The notes: generated from the sequence alone by a model not told the origin. Shown: positions 11,689 to 24,794, counted from the first letter of the stretch. The stretch is DNA of 64,000 nt from Eledone cirrhosa (GCA_964016885.1 OZ024759.1:17856001-17920000), one strand, 5' to 3'. Program-made: numbers and translations.

Positions 11689-12307
11689 AGTAAAAAAGGA
11701 AAACAGTAGAACATGCTCATGGGATTTTCTCATGGGATAACAGCAGACATTTAAAAAAAGGAATTTATTGTACCAGATTCAGCCTAGGGTTGTTGGGCTT
11801 CTTCATGCAACGGAAGTGTATAATAAAATTTAAAATGGAGTTAAGGTGTATATTAATAAGAATATGGTATAAAAGAACATGGTTTACATACATATATATA
11901 TAGAAGAGTTCACATTTTTGTTTATCGCTTTCTCTCTTTCTCTCCTTCTTGGTGGTGTTGACTATAACTTCAACAGTGGTGGTGAAAGTAGCAGAGGTAG
12001 GGGAACCAGCTTGTTCTATGTTCTTGGTGTTGCAGTTATAGTCAACACCACCAAGAAGGAAAGAAAGCAATAAACAAAAATGTGAACTCTTCTATATATA
12101 TATGTATGTAAACCAGGTCCTTTTATACCATATTCTATACAACTTAACTCCATTATAAATTTTATTATGCACTTCTGTAGCATGAAGAAGCCCAACAACC
12201 CTAGGCTAAAACTGGTATGATAAATTCCTTTTTTGTAAATAATTGTTTTGCTGTTATTCTATGAGAAAATCCCATTAGCATTTTTTGCTGTTTTTCCTTT
12301 TTTTACT
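11689..12307. mobile_element. Fold-back element, arms ~280 bp (11689-11975 / 12028-12307), flanked by TA repeats
   Basis: Imperfect inverted repeat; degenerate hammerhead-like ATGAAGA-AGCC...GGCT-(G)AAACTGGTA in both arms. Confidence 0.75.
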
Positions 12308-12315
12308 ATTATTAT

Positions 12316-12366
<51 letters not shown>

Positions 12367-13299
12367 TGTCTATATATATATATATATATATATACACATA
12401 CACACACACACAGGCATGCATGCAGACATATACACCAGGCTTTAAAAACAGCAAACCAAAAGTTTTAAAATGTACAATGGGGTTGATATGGTCAGCTAAA
12501 TCTCTGTAAGGTGGTTCCCCATCATGGCCACAGTCTGATGACTGAAGCCAGTAAAAGTATAAATGGAATGAAAGTATGATCACCATTCTAGCACTGAACT
12601 CTCTTCTGCTTGTCTTCTTCACAATGCTGTCTAGCTTTAGTTATGAAAAAAAAAAAAAAACTTTATTTAGTTATTTTGCTTTGTTGCTTTGTATTGGTAT
12701 CATTGTATGTTTCAGCTTTTGCAAATATTGGTGAAAGAAATAATGGAAGTTCTAGACATCTCTACTTATATTCTTTGCAAAATTATATCGAATGACCAGC
12801 CATAAAATTAGAATATTCATTATCTGGCATCATATCTCCTGGTTTATTTGGTCAAATATTTGCATGAATTATTGTTGTTTTCCAGCCAAAAACATAATGG
12901 TCACTACATGTGTATTAGATAAAGGGCAAAAAACAATATATTCATATATAAATACATACAAATATGAAAATATCATCACTTTAATTCTGGTCTTTGATGT
13001 AACTCCCCAGTCCCCAAGGATTTCATGTATTAGCATAAAGGTTTTTGTATCTAGGTTTCTTTCTCTGAGTGTCCATACGCATTCATGAGAGGCAGTGTGG
13101 TATGATGTTGCATAAAGAAGTGAGGTTTAGACACTCAATGAGAAAGACCAGTGGAGGCTGGAGAGAAATGAGGTGGGATATGATTCATTAAATAGTCAGT
13201 AAATCTAACCTCTCCCTACCCTCCAGTAGTTCTCAGGGAGTGTTGTGGTATTAACTCATCTTTATACCAAACTGTTCCTGGTTTAATAATATCAAGCAG

Positions 13300-13680
13300 T
13301 TGTTTATATTTGTTTAGAAACTTGCCGTCATAATTCTGTGTTAGAAGTTTTGTTAAAATATATATTTGTCTAAAAACCTGCCGTCATAATTTTCTGACGA
13401 ACCCATGTTAAAATATATAAATTTGTCTAAAACCTTTCGATCATAATTTTATGTAGGAACGTTTGTTAAATTATTTAAAATTATCTAAAAACCTTCCATC
13501 ATAATTTAATGTAAGAACCTTTGTTAAAATATTTAAATTTATCTAAAAACTTTCCATTATAATTTTATGTAAGAACCTTTGTTAAAGTATTTAAATTTAT
13601 ATAAAAACTGTCCATCAAAATTTCATGTAAGAACCTTTGTTAAATTATTTAAATTTTTCTAAAAACATTTCATCATGATT
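13300..13680. repeat. ~58-bp minisatellite, about 6 copies
   Basis: Unit approximates AAAACCTTCCATCATAATTTTATGTAAGAACCTTTGTTAAAATATTTAAATTTATCT; motif also dispersed in the TTTTGATACC element family. Confidence 0.85.
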
Positions 13681-14302
13681 GTTCCAAGCACCAGTTTAAT
13701 TTTTTTCCTAACAACCTGCTAAAAACAACTCTGGTTCTCTAAAACAAAACCTCCGATTTTAAAGGGTTCCTATTTACATTAAAATTGTCCAACATAACTT
13801 TATATGAGAACTATATGTTACAGTACTATCTTAGTAAAGGAATCATTTTAAAATAATCCATCAAAACTCTTCATTAGTTAATTGAAATAGAGAGTATTTC
13901 ATTATAAATTCAATCACAGAAGGTTAGATGATAAGCAAGTTAGCTACATTAGTAGATGCTTCCAAATTCTTGATTACTTTTAATTGAATTGAAAATAATA
14001 GGCAGTATCTTTGATTAAGAATATGGTAATGAAAGGGATAGGGTTAAAAAGAGGAGCTAATGTTTACACGACTTATTATATTATGTCATTTAGAGGATAG
14101 GATAGAGAGAAACGGGGTTCATTGAATGGGATTCGTTCATGATTCATTAACCCTTTCAATAACATATTTCTAAAGTAACATACTGTCTTTGACTTTGAAA
14201 TAATTAAGAATATTTGGATGGATTTAGTAATATAACTAACTTTATTGTTATTATTAAGATAGTGTTTAGAGTGGTGGATTGGAGTATTGGAGAGCATTGG
14301 AC

Positions 14303-14752
14303 AATCAGTGTGAGCGATAACTAAATAAAGTTATTGGGACAGAGCAAATTGGAAGGGGAAAGTGAACAAACAACATGGTAGTAATGCAACGTAAAGAGAG
14401 GAAAAGAGAGACATAGTCAATGAATCGTGTGGGCTCTCCTTTACCTCTTGCTTTCTTTCACCCCCGCTGCTAGTCACACACTCTCGGCTGGCCTCTTCCT
14501 CATACTTTCACTCACTCACTCACTCTCTGCTACTCCCCCGTGAAATTCTTTTCTCTCTCACTTTTTGCGTGGCTCAGTCGTGTCTGTTTTCTTCTCGTCA
14601 TTTGATTCGTTCGGACTTAAGCCCACAAGATTCATTGACATTGTCTCTCTTTTCCTCTCTTTACGTTACTTTACTACCATGTTGTTTGTTCACTTTCCCC
14701 TTCCAATTCGCTCTGTCCCGATAACTTTATTTAGTTATCGCTCGCACTGATT
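14303..14752. mobile_element. Inverted repeat element, arms ~132 bp (14303-14435 / 14620-14752)
   Basis: AATCAGTG.GAGCGATAACTAAATAAAGTTAT... and its reverse complement; not TA-flanked. Confidence 0.75.
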
Positions 14753-14946
14753 TTAGGTATCTAGTCTTTAATGCAAAGAAAAACCAATGATAATCAGCAG
14801 ACTACTGATGATGGACATTCCTGTTTCTCAGTCTATTTTCATTTATATATATGTATATTGAAAATTATAAGAAAGTCAAGGATATGAATTTATCATACAT
14901 TTCTATGAATGTACCAAAGAAAATAGTGAAGTTCTATGTTATATTC

Positions 14947-14994
<48 letters not shown>

Positions 14995-14995
<1 letters not shown>

Positions 14996-15225
14996 TAGAA
15001 GTTGTATATGTTTATAACTGATTTAGAGCACTCAACAAGTTACTGGAGTAAATATTCAATAACCTTAAATAAATGGAAATATTAAATAATGGAAAACTAT
15101 CCGGCAAATTTCCAACCGATAAGGTAGGATTTTCATGGGTACATCTCTATTTATTAAACAAACTTTGTATTTTATCTGATGAAAGCGTACCAATGTTGTC
15201 TTGGTTGCCCTTGAAATATATATAT
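14995..15225. mobile_element. PLE pLTR remnant related to the 46409 family, with a hammerhead core running into (TA)n
   Basis: Tail GCACTCAACAAGT..TGGAGTA matches 46770-46810 in reverse; CTGATGA at 15176-15182, GAAA-TATATA-TA at 15213. Confidence 0.6.
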
Positions 15226-15271
15226 TATATATATATGTATGTATACATTTATATGTATATCTGTATGCACG

Positions 15272-15358
<87 letters not shown>

Positions 15359-15361
15359 TTA

Positions 15362-15393
<32 letters not shown>

Positions 15394-15394
15394 C

Positions 15395-15451
<57 letters not shown>

Positions 15452-15452
<1 letters not shown>

Positions 15453-15884
15453 TAGGTATAGGATTATCCAAGATGCAGTGATGGTTAATTACTACACTGG
15501 ATATGGTTGACGTACGGTAAGAGGTTACTCTACGAGTTATGGAAGAATTGTTCAAGAAACTTAGTTCCTGATCCTTCAGTATTCCGGAGTGTATATAAAG
15601 AATGAATAATAACAGGTAGACATCATAAAAAGGTAGTTTATTCCGTGTGCTTACAAGTGTTTCCACGGTGGTACTGCAGCCTAGTTCCGCTACGTGCAAA
15701 TTCACAAGTATTTGCAGAACTCGAATATCCAATGCTGTGACCACTGTTTCCTCAGAGCAGAATAGTTCTGCAAATACTTGTGAATTTGCACGTAGCGGAA
15801 CTAGGCTGCAGTACCACCGTGGAAACACTTGTAAGCACACGGAATAAACTACCTTTTTATGATGTCTACCTGTTATTATTCATT

Positions 15885-15893
<9 letters not shown>
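15452..15893. mobile_element. Young fold-back PLE pLTR: ~130-bp arms (15592-15721 / 15764-15893) plus ~140-nt tail
   Basis: Apparently perfect reverse complement; GAAACACTTGTA hammerhead 3' half and AATAAA; tail similar to 62680-62720. Confidence 0.8.
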
Positions 15894-15932
<39 letters not shown>

Positions 15933-15933
<1 letters not shown>

Positions 15934-16780
15934 TAATATAAGATCAAAAGATGGTTAAAGGAGTTCCATGTATTTTATTATGCGCAATTCAAAAACAAAC
16001 ATCATCATGCAATAATATTTGTGTTTTCATCAGATAAAACAGGAGAACATGATATGAAGGCTAAAAAACACTTGTGGATAGTGCATTTTAAATCAACATA
16101 TGAAAAGTGGTTTTAGATTGATGTGTGATATTGGGAAAAATATTTTGTTTAGAGAGGAGGGTGGGGGTGGAAAGGATGAACAAGGGGAGGAGATGAGAGG
16201 GAGAGATGGGTGATAGAGAGAAAGAGATAGTTTTTATAACTGAGAGAAGATATATTGTTTTACATAGAGAGGTTGAAAACCGTTGGAAGATAATGTATAA
16301 ATTAAAAGAATTTAATTTTATATTTTAATTTATACATTATCTTCCAACGGTTTTCAACCTCTCTATGTAAAACAATATATCTTCTCTCAGTTATAAAAAC
16401 TATCTCTTTCTCTCTATCACCCATCTCTCCCTCTCATCTCCTCCCCTTTTTCATCCTTTCCACCCCCCCCCTCTCTAAACAAAATATTTTTCCCAATATC
16501 ACACATCAATCTAAAACCACTTTTCATATGTTGATTTAAAACTGCACTATCCACAAGTGTTTTTTAGCCTTCATATCATGTTCTCCTGTTTTATCTGATG
16601 AAAACACAAATATTATTGCATGATGATGTTTGTTTTTGAAATGCGCATAATAAAATACATGGAACTCCTTTAACCATCTTTTGATCTTATATTATGTATA
16701 CTCCAGTCCTACAAACTGTAGAGTGCTTCTTATCCGATATCTGCATTGCTTTATTGTACTACAATAAAACTCACCTCCTA
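15933..16780. mobile_element. Fold-back PLE pLTR family G: ~375-bp arms (15933-16307 / 16323-16695) plus ~85-nt tail, inside (TA)n
   Basis: Near-perfect inverted repeat with 15-nt loop; same family at 62253-62592. Confidence 0.85.
16587..16657 (+). ncRNA. Type I hammerhead ribozyme, long stem II
   Basis: TGTTTTAT / CTGATGA (16595-16601) / ~16-bp stem II / GAAA (16638-16641) / palindromic TGCGCA / TA / ATAAAATA; predicted cleavage after A16649. Confidence 0.8.
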
Positions 16781-16789
16781 CATATATAC

Positions 16790-16944
<155 letters not shown>

Positions 16945-17016
16945 CATATATATATATAATTTTATGTCCGCTCTTCCCTGCTTGCAAGGGTGCAACAATT
17001 TATATATATATATATA

Positions 17017-18445
17017 TCATCATCATCGTTTAACGTCCATCTTCCACGCTTGCATCGGTTTGGACGGGAATTTTCCCACTTGAGGCAAGATGGTTGTCCT
17101 GCTCGCATAGGACTGTCTGGCGGGTTTTCTAGGACTGGATGCCCTTCCTAACACCAACCACGTTTACAGTGGACTGGGAGGTTTTTACCGTGTTACTTAC
17201 ACGGCCACATTACAGCGTGGTTTGTTTTTTTCATGACACCTACACGACCTCATTTGTTTCGGACTGGATGTTGTGGTACCAACATAACTTTACATTGAAA
17301 GGGGTGGTGTGGATGGAGTGGGCGTGGTGGGACGGGGTGTATTTTTATTAGAGGTGCCTACTGACTGTAGGTTTCGCTTTGTACTTAGGCAAGGCGGGTC
17401 TTCTGTATTACTGTGTAGCGCCAAAGATCTTGGTCCAGTGACATTGTCTTGGAGAGGTGTAAGTGTGTGAGGTTGGAATTTATCAAGTCATCCCAGGTTT
17501 TTCTGGGTCTGCCTACTCCTTTGCTACCGTCTATTTTTATCGCCCTGCACTTTTTTATACAGCTGTCGTCTTTCATGCGCATCACGTGACCATACCAACG
17601 TAGTCTTCTCTCGAGTAAACAACATCTGATTCCTCTTATTCCAAATTTCTCCCTTAGTTCATTTATGCTTTGCCATTCACGTATATTACTATTACACATC
17701 CAATGGAGCATGCAAGCTTCGTTCCTCTCCAGTCTGCGTATATCCTCTGCACACAATGCCCAAGTCTCACTGCAATGTAACATTGCTGTTCGTATGCAGG
17801 CATCATACAGCCTGCCTTTCATTTTTAGAGAGAACCCTTTAGCGGCTAATATATATACTTTCCTTCCTACAAACTAGAACTTTAGTCTTAGACAGGTTAA
17901 TTTTAAGGCCTTTTGATTCTAGGACATGCTTCCATGTTTGGAATTTCTTCTCTAGTTCAGCCATTGATTCAGCTATGAGCATTAGATCATCTGCATATAG
18001 GAGTTCCCATGGGCAGCCGGTCTTGAACTCCTCTGTTGTAGCCTGAAGGGCAATAATAAATAGTAGGGGGCTAAGGACGGAGCCCGGATGAACACCAACT
18101 TTTATGCTAAACTCTTCACTATATTTGTTGTTAATTCTAACCTTGCTGACTGTTTCTTTATACATGGCTTGTATAGATCTCACAAGCCATTCATCAACGC
18201 CTAGTTTTCTATGACCCCACCAGATAATCGAGCGGGGTACTCTGTCAAAGGCTTTCTCCAAGTCAACAAAAGCTAAGTATAGGGGTTTACTTTAAGCTAG
18301 GTATTTCTCCTGTAGTTGTCGTACAACGAAAAGAGCGTCTGTTGTACTTCTACCTGACACAAACCCGAACTGCATTTCATCTAGATCAATTCGCTCTCTG
18401 ATTAGTTGCGCTATTACTTTTTCTGTGACCTTCATGACCTTCATA
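17017..18445 (-). mobile_element. RTE LINE family A, truncated and internally deleted RT pseudogene
   Basis: QFGFVSGRSTTDA, EKAFDRVP, GSVLSPLLF, LLYADDL, RLRWYGHV; (CAT)n tail. Confidence 0.92.
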
Positions 18446-18969
18446 CATATGCATATATATAAATATATATGCATATGTATGCATGCACATATACACACAC
18501 CCACATATATAAATATATGCATATGTATGCACACACACACATATATATACATACATATATATATATATATACATAATCACATATATGTATTTATATATCT
18601 ATGTATGTGTGTACTTTTGTTATTTTTCTGGTCTGTCACCCTAGGCAATACCCACACGACTGCTGTATGTGTATTTATTTATTTATGTTTGTTTTGTAAT
18701 TGATCATTAGTAAAACGAGAGGGGAGCAGGGAGAGGACTTGCTGAAATGAGCAGGGGGGGGGGGGGGTAAATATAATTAAGGAACTCAAGTAAATAAGGA
18801 AAGTAAAACAAACAAAAATAACGACAACGACAACAATACTAACAATAATAATAATCAAAATAATAATAACCATAACACGAAGGAGAAGGCGACGAAAATA
18901 ATTGAAATACGTTAATAATAAAAATAATGAAAATAAAAATAACAATAACAACAATGATATAATAACAGA

Positions 18970-19002
<33 letters not shown>

Positions 19003-19269
19003 TTCTTTATTAACCACAAGGGTTTACAGAGAATATGCATTAAAAATTGACAACAACAAAAATAAAACAAATCAAACTGTTTAAATTTATGTTTAGTTTT
19101 TTTTCTTCCTTTCCAGCCCGTTATATTTATATTTTTTTATTTGTTTATTGTGTACTTTTGTGAAATTGTTGTTTACTCTCCACAGTTTCTTAAACAAACA
19201 GCATTTACTAACATGACTATCTGCTGGAGTTAAACGTAAACAAGTCTTGTAGGAAATAGATATGAAGAT

Positions 19270-19298
19270 GTAGATATATATATATATATGTGTGTGTG

Positions 19299-19340
<42 letters not shown>

Positions 19341-19547
19341 GATATATGTATGTATTTTTATATGTACATATATATATATATATAAATATGTATATAAATA
19401 TGTATATATATTTATATATATAAATATGTATATATACTGTATATATATATATTTATATATATAGGTATATAGATATATTTATATATATAGATATATATAT
19501 ATTTATATATATAAATATGTATATATATATAAATATGAATATATATT

Positions 19548-19581
<34 letters not shown>

Positions 19582-20235
19582 TATATAAATATATATATAT
19601 ATATCTATATATATTTATATATATATAAATATGTATATATGTTTCTATATATAAATATGTATATATATATATATATATATAAATAAATATGTATATATAT
19701 ATATATATATAAATATGTATATATATATATATATAAATAAATATGTATATATATATATATATAAATATGTATATATATATATATATAAATATGTATATTT
19801 ATTTATATATATAAATATGTATATTTATTTATATATATAAATATGTATATATATTTTTATATATATATATATTAAAATACGTAAAACGGTGATGATGATG
19901 ATAAATATGTATATATATTTATATATGTATATATATAAATATATATGTAATATATATAAATATGTATATATATATTTATATATATGTAATATATGTATAT
20001 TTACATATATATATATGTATATAACTATATTTATTTGTATGTATATATGTATGTATGATTACATATAAGTATATGTATGTGTGTATATATCCATGTATAC
20101 ACATATGTATGTTTCAATGTATATATACATGTATGTATATATATATATACATATTTGTATGTATGCATATCTATATTTATATATATATATATAAGTTGAT
20201 GTATGTATATATATGTATATGTATGTATTTGTACA

Positions 20236-20272
<37 letters not shown>

Positions 20273-20330
20273 GCATGTATAAACGTATATGTGTGTATGT
20301 ATTTGTATATTATATATATATATATATTTA

Positions 20331-20394
<64 letters not shown>

Positions 20395-20450
20395 TATGCA
20401 TATGTATGTATAAATATTTCAAAGTAAATATATATATACGTGTGTGTATA
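19270..20450. repeat. Degenerate (TA)n/(TATG) array
   Basis: Direct inspection. Confidence 0.9.
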
Positions 20451-20721
20451 TCTCCTGAATGTGTTGTATTTTTCAAGAAAATTTAAGTGAGATTGTGCTT
20501 AGACAGACACTTTGGATTCTCAGGAGAGTCTTATCATCCATAAAATAATACAGCGTGGTTGTATCTCATTATTATTTAATTAGATAATTAATCCCTTGAT
20601 TAATTGAGAAATCAGCCTATCAAAGCTCTTTGATCGCACCATATGACCCTCTCGATGATGTGTATGCTCTCCTCAACAAGACCTAATCCATGTTTTTTGT
20701 TATTTTTCTATATATACTTCT

Positions 20722-21400
20722 CCAACAGTAGTTTTATTTTAGCCATATGGAATGGCTCTACCAGCTCTCTCCCTTACCACCCTCCAAGGAAACGCCTTCT
20801 TCATTCTAACAGTAGTTTTATTCTAGCCATATGGAATGACTCTTCCAGCTCATCTCCCTTACCACCCTCCAAGGAAACGCCTTCTTCATTCTAACAGTAG
20901 TTTTATTCTAGCCATATGGAATGACTCTACCAGCTCATCTCCCTTACCATCCTCCAAGGAAACACCTTCTTCATTCCAACAGTAGTTTTATTCTAGCCAT
21001 ATGGAATGACTCTTCCAGCTCATCTCCCTTACCATCCTCCAAGAAAACACCTTCTTCATTCCAACAGTAGTTTTATTCTAGCCATATGGAATGGCTCTAC
21101 CAGCTCATCTCCCTTACCATCCTCCAAGAAAACACCTTCTTCATTCCAACAGTAGTTTTATTCTAGCCATATGGAATGACTCTTCCAGCTCATCTCCCTT
21201 ACCATCCTCCAAGAAAACACCTTCTTCATTCCAACAGTAGTTTTATTCTAGCCATATGGAATGGCTCTACCAGCTCATCTCCCTTACCATCCTCCAAGGA
21301 AACACCTTCTTCATTCCAACAGTAGTTTTATTTTAGCCATATGGAATGACTCTTCCAGCTCATCTTCCTTACCATCCTTCGGGGAAACGCCTTCTCTATT
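20722..21400. repeat. 85-bp minisatellite, 8 copies
   Basis: AACAGTAGTTTTATT recurs at 20724, 20808, 20893, 20978, 21063, 21148, 21233 and 21318. Confidence 0.95.
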
Positions 21401-21589
21401 CTGTCCGCTGGGGCTGTGAGACGGCCAGCATGTGGGACCCCATTTGCTCATAATACATCGAGATGGGGAGGGTGAGAGTGATGATAGTGGGAGTTCGGCT
21501 CTTCCATGTTCGGACACATTGCACCTGTCATGTGGATCATGTGATATTTTACTATGACTCGATCAATTATCTTCAGTTCCTGTTTTAGC

Positions 21590-23000
21590 CATATTAACTC
21601 TTTTGATACCAACCCTGCAGAAGCCATATCTGGTTCTATGAAACACATTCACTCATTTTAAAAAGGGTTCCTTCCTATATGAACTAAAATGTTCCAATAT
21701 ATTTTTATAGAATGATGATTTTTTTGGAGTTATTAGAGTTTTTATCTTCGTAATGAGATGATTAATGATGTGACAAAATTTCTCCAAAATTATCCATTAA
21801 CCCTTTTGATATCAACTCAACAGAAACTATCTCTGGTCATATAAAACAAACCCACTCATTTTAAAGTGTTTGTTCCAACATAACTTTATAGAATTTTTTA
21901 GTTATGATTTTATAATGAAATAATCAATAATTATGGTAAATCCCTACAAAATTCTTCATTAACCCTTTTGATACCAATTAGCCAAAATCGGATGCTTCCA
22001 TGAAACAGACCCATCTATTTTAAAGAATTCCTATATGAACTAAAATTCTCCATCATAATTTTATAGAATAATCATTTTTTTTTAGTTTTTATCTTAGTAA
22101 TGTAATTATTAATAATTATGAAACATCCCTACAAAATTCTTCATTAACCCTTTTGATACCAATTCAACCCAAACCAGCTCTTGTTTCTATGAAACAGAAT
22201 CACCCATTTATACATGTTCCTATTTAAATAAAGATCTTTCAACATATTTTTTATGTAAGAACCATTTGTTAATTTAATCTCTTAGTAATGAAATGCTTAA
22301 CAGTGCTATAAAATCTCTCAAAAATTCTTCATTGATTTTTTAAATACAAATCTGACCAAAATTAGCTCTGGTTCTATGAAACACACCTATTCATTTTAAA
22401 GGGTTCCTATTTATACTAAAAGGTGGTGAATCAGCAGAGTTGTTAGAATGTCGGACAGAATAAATAACATGCAGTATTCATTTCAACTCTCTGCTCTCAG
22501 AGTTCAAATTACGTCAAGGTCAACTTTGTCTTTCATCCATTCAAGGTTGCTAAAAATGTACCAGTCTAGTATTGGTGTCGATTCGTCCTCTATAACTCTT
22601 TCTCACTTCCATTCTCTCCCTCTCTATCCTTCTCTGGAAGAAATCTGCTGCATTCAGGCCTGGAGAGGTGATGGGTTCCGCCAGGTTTAAAAATTGCCCT
22701 AGAAATGCTGATGTCAATACAGCGCCCATATGACTCCTTTAGGATTTATGGGTCCATACATAAACTAAAATGTTCAAACAATTTTATAGATCAATTGTTG
22801 AAATAATTAGTATTTATAAATCCCTCAAAAATTCTTCATTAACCCTTCCGATACCAATTCAGCCAAAATCAACTCTGTTTCTATGAAACAAACCCACCCA
22901 CTTTAAAGGGCTTCTGTTTAAATTAAAATGTTCCTTTGTTAAGATAGTTAAATGAAATAATTAATAATTTTTGTAAATCTATGTAAATTTTTCATCAACT
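21590..23000 (+). repeat. Degenerate tandem array of ~160-200-bp units of the AACCCTTTTGATACC element, interrupted by a SINE
   Basis: ATTAACCCTTTTGATACCAA...TCTATGAAACA...ATTTTAAAG recurs at about 21595, 21799, 21961, 22146, 22335 and 22841. Confidence 0.7.
22422..22585 (+). mobile_element. Meta-like SINE
   Basis: GGTGGTGAATCAGCAG...GAGTTCAAAT...GGTCAACTTTGTCTTTCATCC...AAAATGTACCAGT. Confidence 0.65.
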
Positions 23001-23844
23001 CATTTGTTACCATTAATTACCATTATTTCTAATTAATTATTCAATGATAAATTTGAGGAATAGTAACTTAATGTTGGTTTGTTTCTTGTACGACATATCA
23101 ATGCTTGTAAAACTTAAGCTGGCACCTGGAACATGATTCTTACATAAAATTATGATGTAGTGTTTACCCTATGTCATCTTGTTTGTGAAAAGCCATCATC
23201 CTAATAAAGGACTTCATTATTTATTTCTTGTCTTTTGTTTCTCTTGTCCCCACAGTATCAGATAACACCTGCCCCCCCCCCCCCCCCCAATCTTTTTCAC
23301 ATGTTCCAACCACCTTACTAATATTTCACTTCTCACATTATATTTTTCAGGTATGTGTTTTTCTCAATTGAGAGCATTTGCAAAATTTTATTATCTTTTC
23401 TTGAGTTTGGGGAATTATGTAAGTAAGTTTATTTCATCTTTTTTTTTAAACTTTTAAATGCAAGAAATAGATTACTCAACTCAAAGTTTAAAATAGGAAA
23501 AGTTAAGAAAAAAATGTATTAACTGACGTGATTGTAGAAAAATTTCCATGTATTTTGTTTTCTAATATATATTTAACTGTTTTGTTTTCATATTTCTAAT
23601 GAAAAAACACTCTCTATGACTTTTAACACATTTTGAAAATACTCAAATATTTCAAAGGATTTAATAATAGAACTACATTTTCATCATTAAGATGGTTTTC
23701 GAAACATATCTTAAAGGTTCTTACATAAAATTATGATGGAAATTATTTAGATAAATACAAACATTTTAAAGCAAACATTTTTGTATCATAGAACTTTGGG
23801 TAGTTTTAGAGATATTGGTATGAAAAGGATTAAAAAAATCAAGT

Positions 23845-24192
23845 GGCTGAAATGGGGTTTTTCCAAAGCGTCTTTGGAACTACATTACTCCATAGAATAT
23901 GTAGAGTCACTCCAGATAGAGCTTCAACTTCTCTGAATTGTGAGATCACAGCTCCGGTATTATGGGATGTGGTAAGAAAATCTCAGGAAAGAATCGCTGG
24001 ATAGATTTTATGGGCAAAAACCAACCAGCAGGAAACCCAAGGGGTAGACCCCAAGCAAGATGATTGGATAACATCCATGAGCTCAGCTGGTCTCACTTGG
24101 GGAAATGGTTGCTTCTGACACAACTCACTGGTAGGAGTGTTTGAGGATTCTGCCCCATGACCCTCTCAGGAATAAGTGGGTGAAGAAGAAGC
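23845..24192 (+). mobile_element. Decayed RTE-type LINE 3' end (third family) with (GAA)n tail
   Basis: Frameshifted AEMGF, RSQLR, PRGRP motifs; the same 3' end appears reversed at about 32095-32210. Confidence 0.55.
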
Positions 24193-24714
24193 AGCAGTAT
24201 TTACATGGTTTTGGAATTTTTCTACAAAATCATCAGCACAATGTTATTTCAATATAGTTAACCATGTTTTCAGATAATTCACACTCATAATGACTCTAAA
24301 ACACCAATTCTCCGTCGATATGGTGCTGGTTGTTGTGGTACTTGTTTGAAGTTGTAGCATGTTGTATGAGTATTTGTATGACTTGATTGGTGTGATTTAA
24401 AAAAATCATGACCACAATGAATTGAAATAGACCAACAAGGAAACCAAACTACCGAGTTTGATATTTTTTATTTGTGCCATAGTATATGATGACTCCATGT
24501 AGTAAATTATAACAACCAGAATACATAAAAAGGTTTGATATAACTGAGTGTTTTGTCAACAGGTTGCTAAATGTAATGTTCACAGAATAGTATTTTGTTG
24601 GGAATGTGGGAATGCAGAGATGTGGGTTCAGATAACATAGCACTTTGGTGAATGTCATGCCTTGACTTGGCTATGGCAGCACAATTATCAGTATCTTTTT
24701 TAAGTGATGGTATT

Positions 24715-24745
<31 letters not shown>

Positions 24746-24794
24746 TGTATATATATATATATATATATGCATATATATATATATATATATATAT

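Noticed and set aside
14806-14835. CTGATGA motifs here and at 12536 and 62110
   Set aside because: No correctly placed GAAA/stem III/stem I partner
20722-21400. CRISPR-like regular repeat (also 33770-34410 and 43108-43470)
   Set aside because: Head-to-tail units without unique spacers, no cas genes, eukaryotic context
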